In this document: positions 18,215-26,467 of the stretch, in pieces
Numbering within the stretch: position 1 is the stretch's first letter
Layout of the letters: the number at the start of each line of letters is the position of its first letter
Assembly: GCA_024275555.1 (NCBI GenBank)
Contig: JAJRYW010000332.1
Span: 1-38,315, forward strand
Source: Calditrichota bacterium
Lineage (GTDB): Bacteria > Calditrichota > Calditrichia > RBG-13-44-9 > J075
DNA length: 38,315 nucleotides
Direction of reading: 5' to 3'
Translations under genes and position numbers: made by a program
Notes under the pieces: generated by a model
What the model was told of the DNA's origin: nothing
Database searches by the model: none
What the model saw: only the letters and a program-made list of their open reading frames with translations

Positions 18215-18504
18215 AACTGAAGGTTTCAGGTGTTCGGGTTTCAGCAATTAAAAATTCAAAATAGTAAATCACAAATACCAAACGGATAATCCGCCGGCAT
18301 TTGGGCCATCGCCAGATTGAATATTTAAGCAATTCTACCTGCTTAAATCTTCCTTTCCAGATTGTCCGGATTAGAGTTTACAAGCGGGATGGTTAAACAT
18401 ATAGTATTAAGAACTTTTCCGCAACGCTGCATTGTTTTTATCCGTTGTTTCGCAAAAGATAGCCGTTCAGAGGTTCAGGGTTCAACTTAAATATAAGTGA
18501 GATT

Positions 18505-19560
18505 ATGGCCAAGATCTGCTTTGATAATTCGTCTCTAAAAGCTGTGACGGATACCGGTGATGCACCGGCGTCCATCGCAAATCGGTCGTTTAGCGGGGGG
18601 GTGTTGAAAGTGGGTGTGCTCAGCAATCCGTTTAGCGGCGCCAATCGAAACGGCCTGGGTCCCGTTAAAAAAGTGCTGACCGGGTATCCGCAAGTCCTGC
18701 ATTGTGAAGTTCAGACACCGGCGGATATAAAACTGGCGCTGGCCGGTTTCGCAGAACGGCAGGTGGATATCCTGGCGGTAAACGGGGGCGACGGGACCGT
18801 CCATGCGGTGTTGACCGCCCTCTTTAATCACAGGCCGTTTGTCCCACTGCCCCTGCTGGCTCTTTTGCCGGGAGGTACGGCTAATATGCTGGCCAAAGAC
18901 TTGGGCTTGAAAGGATCCCCGGGAAAAGCTTTGCGAAGGTTGCTGGGCTGGGCCTCCACCGGGAATGCAGATGCCGTCGTCGAACAGCGGGCGGTGTTGC
19001 AGGTACAGGCGCCTGGGCTTTGTGAACCGCTTTTCGGATTGTTTTTCGGTGCAGGCCTAATTTATCATGGAATCCGGTTTTTTCACGACAGGGTCAAAAC
19101 CCTGGGCCTGCGCGGCCGATCGGCCCAGGCGTTGATTGTGGGCCGCTACCTGCTGGCGCTCGCGGCAAAAAACAGGGATGTTGTCAGTCCGGTGTCCGTG
19201 GACATCGGACTGGATGGAAAACGGACGGAGGGCCAGCAATGCCTGCTGGTGCTTATCAGCACCCTTGAAAAGCTCATTTTAGGGTTTCGCCCTTACTGGG
19301 GCTGTGAAGAGGGGCCGTTGCGGTTCACCGCCGTGTGTGCCCGCCCGCGGCGCGTGTTGCGGACGGTGCTTGGCCTAACATGTGGTCTAAACAGCCGGCA
19401 CCCCGGGACGGAACACGGCTACCTCAGCCATAACGCCTATGCGATAGATCTAAATTTTCAAGGCGGCTTTGCCCTGGACGGAGAATTGTACATGCCGGCT
19501 GTCGGCTGCGGTCCCGTGGTGTTGCAAAAAGGCGGCCAGGCACCATTTTTGCGGTTGTAA
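18505..19560 (+). CDS. Diacylglycerol/sphingosine kinase family protein (ceramide kinase CpgB-like)
   Basis: LSNPFSG, GGDGT, LPGGTANMLA and LDGE DAGK-family motifs. The true start may be slightly downstream. Confidence 0.85.
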   Translation: MAKICFDNSSLKAVTDTGDAPASIANRSFSGGVLKVGVLSNPFSGANRNGLGPVKKVLTGYPQVLHCEVQTPADIKLALAGFAERQVDILAVNGGDGTVHAVLTALFNHRPFVPLPLLALLPGGTANMLAKDLGLKGSPGKALRRLLGWASTGNADAVVEQRAVLQVQAPGLCEPLFGLFFGAGLIYHGIRFFHDRVKTLGLRGRSAQALIVGRYLLALAAKNRDVVSPVSVDIGLDGKRTEGQQCLLVLISTLEKLILGFRPYWGCEEGPLRFTAVCARPRRVLRTVLGLTCGLNSRHPGTEHGYLSHNAYAIDLNFQGGFALDGELYMPAVGCGPVVLQKGGQAPFLRL

Positions 19561-19562
19561 CC

Positions 19563-20519
19563 ATGCAGATACCATTTGAAATTGTCGAGCAGATCCGCAG
19601 GAAAACCTCGCATTCGGCCTCCCCGCCTATGCAGGCTCTAATCACCAGTATTATGTCGCGCTACGGTGAAGCTGTCCAGGCGGTTTTATATTACGGGTCC
19701 TGCCTGCGCAAAGGCGATGAACTCGATGGGATCGTAGACCTGTATGTGCTGGTGGACACATACCGGTCCGCTTATCCCGGACGTCTGCTGCCGATGGTTT
19801 TTAATAAAATACTGCCCCCCAATGTTTTTTATTTGGAAATACCCTTTGAAGGTGGCATGGTGCGAACCAAGTATGCGATTTTTTCCGTCACTGACTTTCA
19901 GCGTGGCGTATCCAGACGCTGGTTTCATTCCTACGTATGGGGGCGATTTGCCCAACCGGCGGGCCTTTTGTATGCTCGCACTGCTGAAGTCGAGGACCGG
20001 GTGATAAACGCCCTGGCCCAGGCCGCTGTGACCTTTATTACCCGTGTGCTTCCCCGGGCGGCAGACAGGTTTTGCGCCAGGCAATTGTGGTGCCGTGGTC
20101 TTTTACTCAGCTACCGTGCCGAACTGCGGGCGGAACGGTCGGATAAGGTGGCCCGCCTGTATGATGCCTCGTCGGAACACTACGAGCAAATAACCCGTGT
20201 GGCCCTGGTCGGGGTTCCGTTTCCCGTTAAGATGGAGCCCGATTCGAAGCCGGTCAGTTACCGGGCCCGCATTCCTCTTCGCGTTCGTCGGTTCAGCCGT
20301 TTCACGTGGGCCGTCAGGTCGCTGCAGGGCAAATTGCTTTCAATCCTGCGTCTTTTCAAAGCCTGGTTCACGTTCCGCGGGGGGATGGATTACATTCTCT
20401 GGAAGGTGGAACGGCATTCAGGGGTTACCGTGGAGGTGACTCCGCGGCTGCGTCGGTTTCCGCTGTTGGCGGTTTTCGTACTCTCCTGGCGGCTTTACCG
20501 ACGTGGAGCTTTCCGTTAG
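19563..20519 (+). CDS. Tam41/Mmp37-like nucleotidyltransferase (putative lipid-phosphate cytidylyltransferase)
   Basis: YYGS...DLYVLVD (Pol-beta NTase GS + DxD-like), TKYAI, WGRFAQP and LSYRAELRAE..KV parallel Tam41 conserved blocks. It starts 2 nt after the kinase stop. Confidence 0.65.
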   Translation: MQIPFEIVEQIRRKTSHSASPPMQALITSIMSRYGEAVQAVLYYGSCLRKGDELDGIVDLYVLVDTYRSAYPGRLLPMVFNKILPPNVFYLEIPFEGGMVRTKYAIFSVTDFQRGVSRRWFHSYVWGRFAQPAGLLYARTAEVEDRVINALAQAAVTFITRVLPRAADRFCARQLWCRGLLLSYRAELRAERSDKVARLYDASSEHYEQITRVALVGVPFPVKMEPDSKPVSYRARIPLRVRRFSRFTWAVRSLQGKLLSILRLFKAWFTFRGGMDYILWKVERHSGVTVEVTPRLRRFPLLAVFVLSWRLYRRGAFR

Positions 20520-20615
20520 CCGGCCACACACCCGGGCCAGTCGAAGATCCCGCCGTCGGGGGTTAGAGATAATGGTTTGCTTCGCTCTGCCGTTTATAAA
20601 ATAAGATAGAATTCC

Positions 20616-21833
20616 TTATTTTACCGGTACCGTCTGAACAAAAGCCCCAAAATTTTTTACTTCCTCAAGCCGGCAACTCCACATGAGTTTGCCGTCATGA
20701 ACTGTTATGTCCGGACAACTGTCACACATATCCTGCCTGCCGTCGGGCTCAAAATTAACCGGTTGAATAATCATAAAGCTTTGTATATACGCCGGTAGAA
20801 AAAATTTCAGTGGATTGAATAGGGATGCCTTCAGGATATTGAAGAATATTTTTCGCATTTGTTTATCCACCAGACCGATAAAAAATGCCGCCAGCTTTCC
20901 TCTGGACACACTTTTGGGATCGGCATAAGCCAGGTAGGTTCCGGTGAACAGGTGGTCAAAGGTTTGCACCAGTTCCATAAACCGGGGCGACACATACCCC
21001 ATGGTTTTACCATTGAAAACGATGCGGTTGCCCAGCAGCCACTTGAACGAATCCGGGTTGGCGGTTCCGTTCAGATAAGCAGCCGGTTCATACATCGGAT
21101 CGGCTTCCCGGATTTTCTCGACAATATCAGGTGCCATAAGGGTACGTTCACCGCCCCATTCGGCTTCTTTATAGGTGTCCTGAACCTCAATTTTCTCACC
21201 GTTGGCATAAAAATCGAAGTTTCCGGTCAAGCTCGGAGAGCGAAACAGGATAAAGACGACGGTGTGTACAATATCCGCATGGTCCTGGGCCCAGCGTACC
21301 ATTTCGGGGATTTCATGAACGGTTTTATCCGAAATCGTGGCATTGAACGAACAGGCAATACCGCCGACTTTTGCCAACATTTTGGCATAATGCAACCTCA
21401 GTTCATTGAGTTCGATTTCCGTTGCGGCGGTGACTTTCGGTCGCTTCTGGCTGGTGTCGATGTGGAAGGTAAATCCATATACACCGGCGTTTTTGAGCTT
21501 CCAGAGCAACTTTTCATCCAGGGCCAGGCCGTTGGTGTTGATGATCGGTTTCCAACCCATGTCTTTTATCATGGATACCAGTTCGATAATCTGGGGATAA
21601 ACGAGCGGATCTCCCCCGGCAATGCTCATGCAGTCGCTTTTTCGCAGCTTTTTAAAGACCTCCAGGTCGGCCCTGACCTCTTCCAGTGTTTTGTGACCGT
21701 GGCCGTGGGGATCCCGGTAACAACCTTCACATCGCAGGTTGCAGTCGGTGGTAGGTTCCAGCCAGGAAATACCGTTGTCGGCGTAATTCCACGGAAGGCG
21801 GTAATAATCCAAATGATTCAGTTCGGCAGGCAT
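20616..21833 (-). CDS. Radical SAM protein of unknown function
   Basis: CNLRCEGC (CxxxCxxC), AGGDP, NTNG and extra C-terminal cysteines (CDSC...C). Start set at ATG 21833. Confidence 0.88.
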   Translation of the reverse strand: MPAELNHLDYYRLPWNYADNGISWLEPTTDCNLRCEGCYRDPHGHGHKTLEEVRADLEVFKKLRKSDCMSIAGGDPLVYPQIIELVSMIKDMGWKPIINTNGLALDEKLLWKLKNAGVYGFTFHIDTSQKRPKVTAATEIELNELRLHYAKMLAKVGGIACSFNATISDKTVHEIPEMVRWAQDHADIVHTVVFILFRSPSLTGNFDFYANGEKIEVQDTYKEAEWGGERTLMAPDIVEKIREADPMYEPAAYLNGTANPDSFKWLLGNRIVFNGKTMGYVSPRFMELVQTFDHLFTGTYLAYADPKSVSRGKLAAFFIGLVDKQMRKIFFNILKASLFNPLKFFLPAYIQSFMIIQPVNFEPDGRQDMCDSCPDITVHDGKLMWSCRLEEVKNFGAFVQTVPVK

Positions 21834-22108
21834 ATCTCTCTTCCTTGTTTTTACGTTTTCTGTTACAAGGGCAAAATCCAAAACTGTATATATAACCACA
21901 TTTTGATTATATAGCAAGCAAGAAAACGACAGCGCAGCGATTCTAATTACGACCCTGAAGCATCAGAAACTAGAATCACGGTCCAGAATACATGCGTTGA
22001 CACGCCATTCGGTATCTGGTAAATAGCGCATTCGACTGCTTAAGCTATGCTAAATTGTAATCCACGTGTGGACAATCCTTACGAAACGGTGACCCCAGGA
22101 CCCAAAAA

Positions 22109-23050
22109 ATGTTGCGTGCCTTTATCGCCCATATCCCCAGACGCCATATTGTAAAGATGGGCAGGCTGTTGGGATTTCTGATGTATTTTATAGTTGTGCC
22201 TCATCGGCGGCTGGTGAGACGCAACCTGCGATTTTGTTACCCGCAATGGTCCCGGAATCAAATCGACAAACTGAGCAGAGAAATTTTCAAAAACGCCGGG
22301 ATCACCTTTATCGAGATCTGGCAGATGTCGTTTTTCTCCCGGCAACAGCTCTTGGGTACGGTGAAACGGGTGCAGGGGATGGAACATATCGTCAGCGCTC
22401 TAAAGCAAAAGCGGGGGGCTATCGTGTTTACCGCCCACATGGCCAACTGGGAACTCGGGTTTTTATATGGAGGCTGTTATCTCGGATGGCCTGTTACCGG
22501 GGTGGCCAGGCACATTCGGCTGCCCTGGCTGGATCGTTGGTTTTATCGTCTGCGTACCCGTTTTGGCAACAAGATTGTTTTTAAAAAAGGTGCGTTGCCC
22601 GAGATGAGACAGATCCTTCGCAACGGCGAGATACTTGCGTTGACCCTTGACCAGAGCCGGCACAAACAGGCCATCGAGATAATGTTCTTTGGCCACCGGG
22701 CCACCGCAACCCCTGGTGCCGCTTTGCTGTCGATGCGCTGCAAGAGCCCGGTTATTCCAAGCTTTTGTATCAGGGAACCGAATGGTTCTCTCACGATTCA
22801 TTTCGCCCCGCCCCTCAAAATGGAGAAAACCGGGGACCTGAGAACTGATTTGCGGATCAACACCCAGAAAATGGTGGACGCGATGGAAACCATGATCCGC
22901 CGTTATCCGGATCAGTGGATCTGGTTTCAAAGACCCTGGAAAAAGACCTATCCCCAGCTGTACCCGGAGTGGTCTGCCCGCCGGCGTAAACATAAAAAAA
23001 GGAACAAGGGGGGGACCAGGCGGAAGCGGATTGGAACCGGGCCGGGATAA
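22109..23050 (+). CDS. lpxL: Lipid A biosynthesis lauroyl/lysophospholipid acyltransferase (LpxL/HtrB family)
   Basis: AHMANWE (HxxxxD/E), LDQ, FFG..A, IRRYPDQWIWF..RPWK. Confidence 0.8.
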   Translation: MLRAFIAHIPRRHIVKMGRLLGFLMYFIVVPHRRLVRRNLRFCYPQWSRNQIDKLSREIFKNAGITFIEIWQMSFFSRQQLLGTVKRVQGMEHIVSALKQKRGAIVFTAHMANWELGFLYGGCYLGWPVTGVARHIRLPWLDRWFYRLRTRFGNKIVFKKGALPEMRQILRNGEILALTLDQSRHKQAIEIMFFGHRATATPGAALLSMRCKSPVIPSFCIREPNGSLTIHFAPPLKMEKTGDLRTDLRINTQKMVDAMETMIRRYPDQWIWFQRPWKKTYPQLYPEWSARRRKHKKRNKGGTRRKRIGTGPG

Positions 23051-23060
23051 TAGGTCGATA

Positions 23061-23399
23061 CTATTGCCTGGTAATTTTCAGCGTGACGTCCTGGGGCAGG
23101 GCCAACCCTGCGACTACCTGGATTGCCTTGCAAACGGCTGCGGGTACGACGCAGGCTTCGCAACATCCTTTTTGAACCAGAACGGATCTTGAGATATCCA
23201 GGATAATGCTCTCCTTTTGGGGACTCAGTTCTTGATAAGCATCGATGGGAGTCTTCTCTTGAAAACGCGATGCCAGTTCTTTTATGGTGTCGCATGAACT
23301 CACAACTTTTAATTCCACGTTCATGCTGTCTTCCGTACTAGCTTTAATAACCGTCTTGAATCCGCAAATTCCCGCATCTACTTTTACCTTTGCTTCCAT
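23061..23399 (-). CDS. Conserved Cys-containing hypothetical protein (DUF6951-like)
   Basis: 112 aa, AGICGF, SSC, CCEACVVP; AGGAG RBS. The family name is recalled, not verified. Confidence 0.7.
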   Translation of the reverse strand: MEAKVKVDAGICGFKTVIKASTEDSMNVELKVVSSCDTIKELASRFQEKTPIDAYQELSPQKESIILDISRSVLVQKGCCEACVVPAAVCKAIQVVAGLALPQDVTLKITRQ

Positions 23400-23728
23400 T
23401 GATGAGTCTCCTTAAAGCCTTCCGTTTCGGTCATGGTAATGAAACCGGCCAACAAACAATTATACTCCAAATAGACAAATAGGTTTATTCCGCAACAGTG
23501 TGCTGAATTTTAGATTAATGCCGCCGTGGCCAAAGTCAATCTGTAAATTTTATCCTACCTTATTTAATAGATCCCTTTCAACGCTTTTCGATAAGGGTTA
23601 TTTGGCATATTCACCGACTAAAACAAGTTTGGGATTTTGAATTTCGGTCTTGGTGCCTTAGTGACTGAATTATTATGTTATGCTAAATCGAAGCAATCCG
23701 TCCCGGACGATATATTTAAAAAAAAAAT

Positions 23729-23755
23729 TAAAGTCTGCCCCGTAAGTACCGATAA
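23729..23755 (+). promoter_or_regulatory. Sigma-28 (FliA) promoter of flgM
   Basis: TAAA-N15-ACCGATAA versus consensus TAAA-N15-GCCGATAA, 80 nt upstream of flgM. Confidence 0.75.
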
Positions 23756-23835
23756 CATAGATGAAAACAAATTTGACAGGCATAGGGCATTGAGTTAAGC
23801 TTAGCGGCAGAGATTCTTTTTAAGGAGAAGCGAAC

Positions 23836-24144
23836 ATGGAAATAGACGGAAACCAGACCATAGGTATTGATGCCTATGTGAATCAGGTTCAAGATAAAAA
23901 TAAAGTCGGGATCCCCGACAACAAACCTGAAAAGACGGCAATGAAGACGGATACGGTTGTGATTTCAGATGCTGCCAAAAGAGTTCAGGAGGCCCGAAAG
24001 CAGTTGGATAACATTCCCGACGTTCGGGAAGATAAGGTATCACAGCTCAGAAGTCAGATTCAAGACGGAACTTACGAGATAAACGCTGATAAAATTGCGG
24101 GTAAAATGATTAAAGAAGGCCTTCTTAACGATGCCTTGAAATAG
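23836..24144 (+). CDS. flgM: Flagellar anti-sigma-28 factor FlgM
   Basis: DTVVIS..A, PDVREDKV..LR.QI..GTYEI....IA.KM; AAGGAG RBS; sigma-28 promoter upstream. Confidence 0.93.
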   Translation: MEIDGNQTIGIDAYVNQVQDKNKVGIPDNKPEKTAMKTDTVVISDAAKRVQEARKQLDNIPDVREDKVSQLRSQIQDGTYEINADKIAGKMIKEGLLNDALK

Positions 24145-24186
24145 TTATCTGCTATAGAATTTAATCTCACAGACTCGATCAATTCG

Positions 24187-24216
24187 AAATCCCGGGATTT
24201 TCCCGGGATTTTTTTT
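24187..24216 (+). terminator. Rho-independent terminator after flgM
   Basis: Stem AAATCCCGGGA / TCCCGGGATTT followed by a T-run. Confidence 0.7.
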
Positions 24217-24267
24217 GTCTTCTCATCCAGTGCCGCTGCCGGACCTGATCTTACAGCGGGTTTGCGG

Positions 24268-26112
24268 TTAATGGACATCGCAGACCAGGCAGTAGGCATA
24301 AACCCCCTGGGGGTCGTTTAACTCTACAATACCCTCCAGTTCGGGACCAAATTTTTTAAAAAACCGAACTGCGGGGTGGGCAGCACGGCCAAAAATATTA
24401 TTGGTAGCACCTGCCAGAAAGCGATTAAGTCGTTTGATCAATTTTTCCCTGGCGGTCAGGGGTTGTTCAATATAGATGACATCGTAATCCTTTAAGTTTG
24501 CCATGTTTGCCGCCGATTGCACAGCATCCTGCAGATTGCCGAATTGGTCGACCAACCCTAGTTCTTTGGCCGTTTTTCCCGACCACACCCGGCCCTGGGC
24601 GATTTTTTCAACATCCTGGAGGGGCATATTTCTTCCCTCAGACACCGTTTTTATGAAGCGCCGATAATTGTGCTGGATGACTTGCTCCATTGAATCCGCA
24701 ACGATCGGATTGAGCGGACGGGTGGTATCAAAGGCATCGGCCATGCGGGTGGTTCCCACGCCGTCGTTATGAACGCCCAGATAATCGAGGCTTTTTTCAA
24801 ATGTTGCAAAGGCACTGTAAATTCCAATGGAACCGGTAATGGTGGTCGGAGCTGCCCAGATTTCATCGGCTGCCGAGGCGATCCAATACCCGCCGGAGGC
24901 GGCAATCGAGTTCATGGATGCAATCACCGGTTTACCGGACCGGCGGGTGAGTTCAATTTCTTTACGGATAATTTCAGAGGCCAGCGCACTGCCGCCCGGG
25001 CTGTCAATGTGAAGAACCAGCGCTTTGACCTCATCATCCAGACGCGCCTGCCGGATTAGATCCGTCAAGGTGTCGCCGCCGATTTTTCCAGCCGGCTGAA
25101 CCCCGTCCAGGATAATACCCTTGGCGACAATAATCCCCACTTTTGAGGTGCCTTCACGGTTATGTTTCCGTTGCGGTTGAATAAAGGCCAGGTAATCATC
25201 GAATTGAATCTGATTAATGGTCATTTCATCCTTATTTTCACCCACCAGGGCAATCAGTTCTTCTCTGACTTCATTCCTGGTTTTGAGTGCATCGACCAGA
25301 CCGTGATCCAGTGCAAGCTGGGCGGAGTCCCCTTTGACCCTTGACAGATTTTCGGATACATTGTTGATATAGTCGTCGACAGCTTCGAGCGGCAACCCAC
25401 GCAATTCGGCAATACTTCCTGTGTAGGCATCCCACAGATCACTCAACCACGACAAATTTGCCTCTTTTGCATAGTCGGACATATCATCCCGCAGGAAAGG
25501 TTCCAGGGCCGATTTGTAGGTGCCGACTCTAAACACGTGGAACTGAATCATCAATTTTTCCAGGGCGCTTTTAAAATAATTGCGATAGATGCCGAATCCG
25601 GTGAGTGCCACGCCTCCCATGGGATGCAGATATAAATGATCGGCATGGGCGGCCAGATAATACTGTTGCTGCCCGTAATAATCGCCGGAGGCATAGATGG
25701 GTTTGCCACCGGCTTTAAAACGTTTGAGTGCTTCACCGATATCGGCAAGCTTGCTGGGTGGGGCATTGCCCATATCATGCAAGCTGAGCACCAGCGCTTT
25801 TACGCGTTGATCTTCTTTGGCATAGTCAATCACATCGATTATGTCTTTGAGTAAAGTTTCTTCACGGCTCGCCTCGCCTATCAACCGGCTGGAAAGCATG
25901 GTTTCCGTTTTTTGGATAACAATATCACCCCGCGGCGATAAAATCAGCGCAGCTTCAGCGGGAAGATCTCTTTTGCCCTCGTAAAAAAAGATTGAAAGAA
26001 AAAGGATGATCAGTGCCAAAAATATTAAATTTCCAACAATAACACGACAGACCGAAAGACCTTGCCAAAAACCTCTGATCAAATAGCGGAAAGCTTTAAA
26101 TAATGATTTCAT
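24268..26112 (-). CDS. sppA: Signal peptide peptidase SppA (67K type, S49)
   Basis: Tandem S49 domains, GTYKSA.EP, DSPGG, AASGGYWI, TGSIG, QGRVWSG. Start set at ATG 26112 (GAGGT upstream). Confidence 0.93.
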   Translation of the reverse strand: MKSLFKAFRYLIRGFWQGLSVCRVIVGNLIFLALIILFLSIFFYEGKRDLPAEAALILSPRGDIVIQKTETMLSSRLIGEASREETLLKDIIDVIDYAKEDQRVKALVLSLHDMGNAPPSKLADIGEALKRFKAGGKPIYASGDYYGQQQYYLAAHADHLYLHPMGGVALTGFGIYRNYFKSALEKLMIQFHVFRVGTYKSALEPFLRDDMSDYAKEANLSWLSDLWDAYTGSIAELRGLPLEAVDDYINNVSENLSRVKGDSAQLALDHGLVDALKTRNEVREELIALVGENKDEMTINQIQFDDYLAFIQPQRKHNREGTSKVGIIVAKGIILDGVQPAGKIGGDTLTDLIRQARLDDEVKALVLHIDSPGGSALASEIIRKEIELTRRSGKPVIASMNSIAASGGYWIASAADEIWAAPTTITGSIGIYSAFATFEKSLDYLGVHNDGVGTTRMADAFDTTRPLNPIVADSMEQVIQHNYRRFIKTVSEGRNMPLQDVEKIAQGRVWSGKTAKELGLVDQFGNLQDAVQSAANMANLKDYDVIYIEQPLTAREKLIKRLNRFLAGATNNIFGRAAHPAVRFFKKFGPELEGIVELNDPQGVYAYCLVCDVH

Positions 26113-26467
26113 ACCCTGACACCTCGCAATGAAGCGATCAAATAAATGGATTAATTTGAATAGAATATATATCAGAATCAAATAAAAAAAAGGGGGAACA
26201 CCCATTTATGTCACCCCGGACTTAAGAAATTTCGACTTTTTAAGAGATTATCAATCATTATATTTCAAGGAGGAATCAAAGTCCCCCCTTTTCTCCGAGC
26301 TCACTTCCGGCCAGTCGGACTTACAGCGCGGAAGACAGATCCGGACATCTACTAATAATATTTTATACTTTTTCATTGCATTACTAAAATTATGTATTAG
26401 AATAAAGTAATGTTAAATAAAGCCAATACCCATAAATGGATTTCATATCAACAAGGAGGCAAACAAA

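Noticed and set aside
20859-21914. 351-aa plus-strand ORF
   Set aside because: Antisense shadow of the radical SAM gene with no recognisable motifs.
26265-26348. Structured RNA or riboswitch between sppA and dnaK
   Set aside because: Hairpins can be drawn (CTTCCG/CGGAAG and a purine/pyrimidine stem), but I could not match them to any known family. An Rfam or covariation search is needed.
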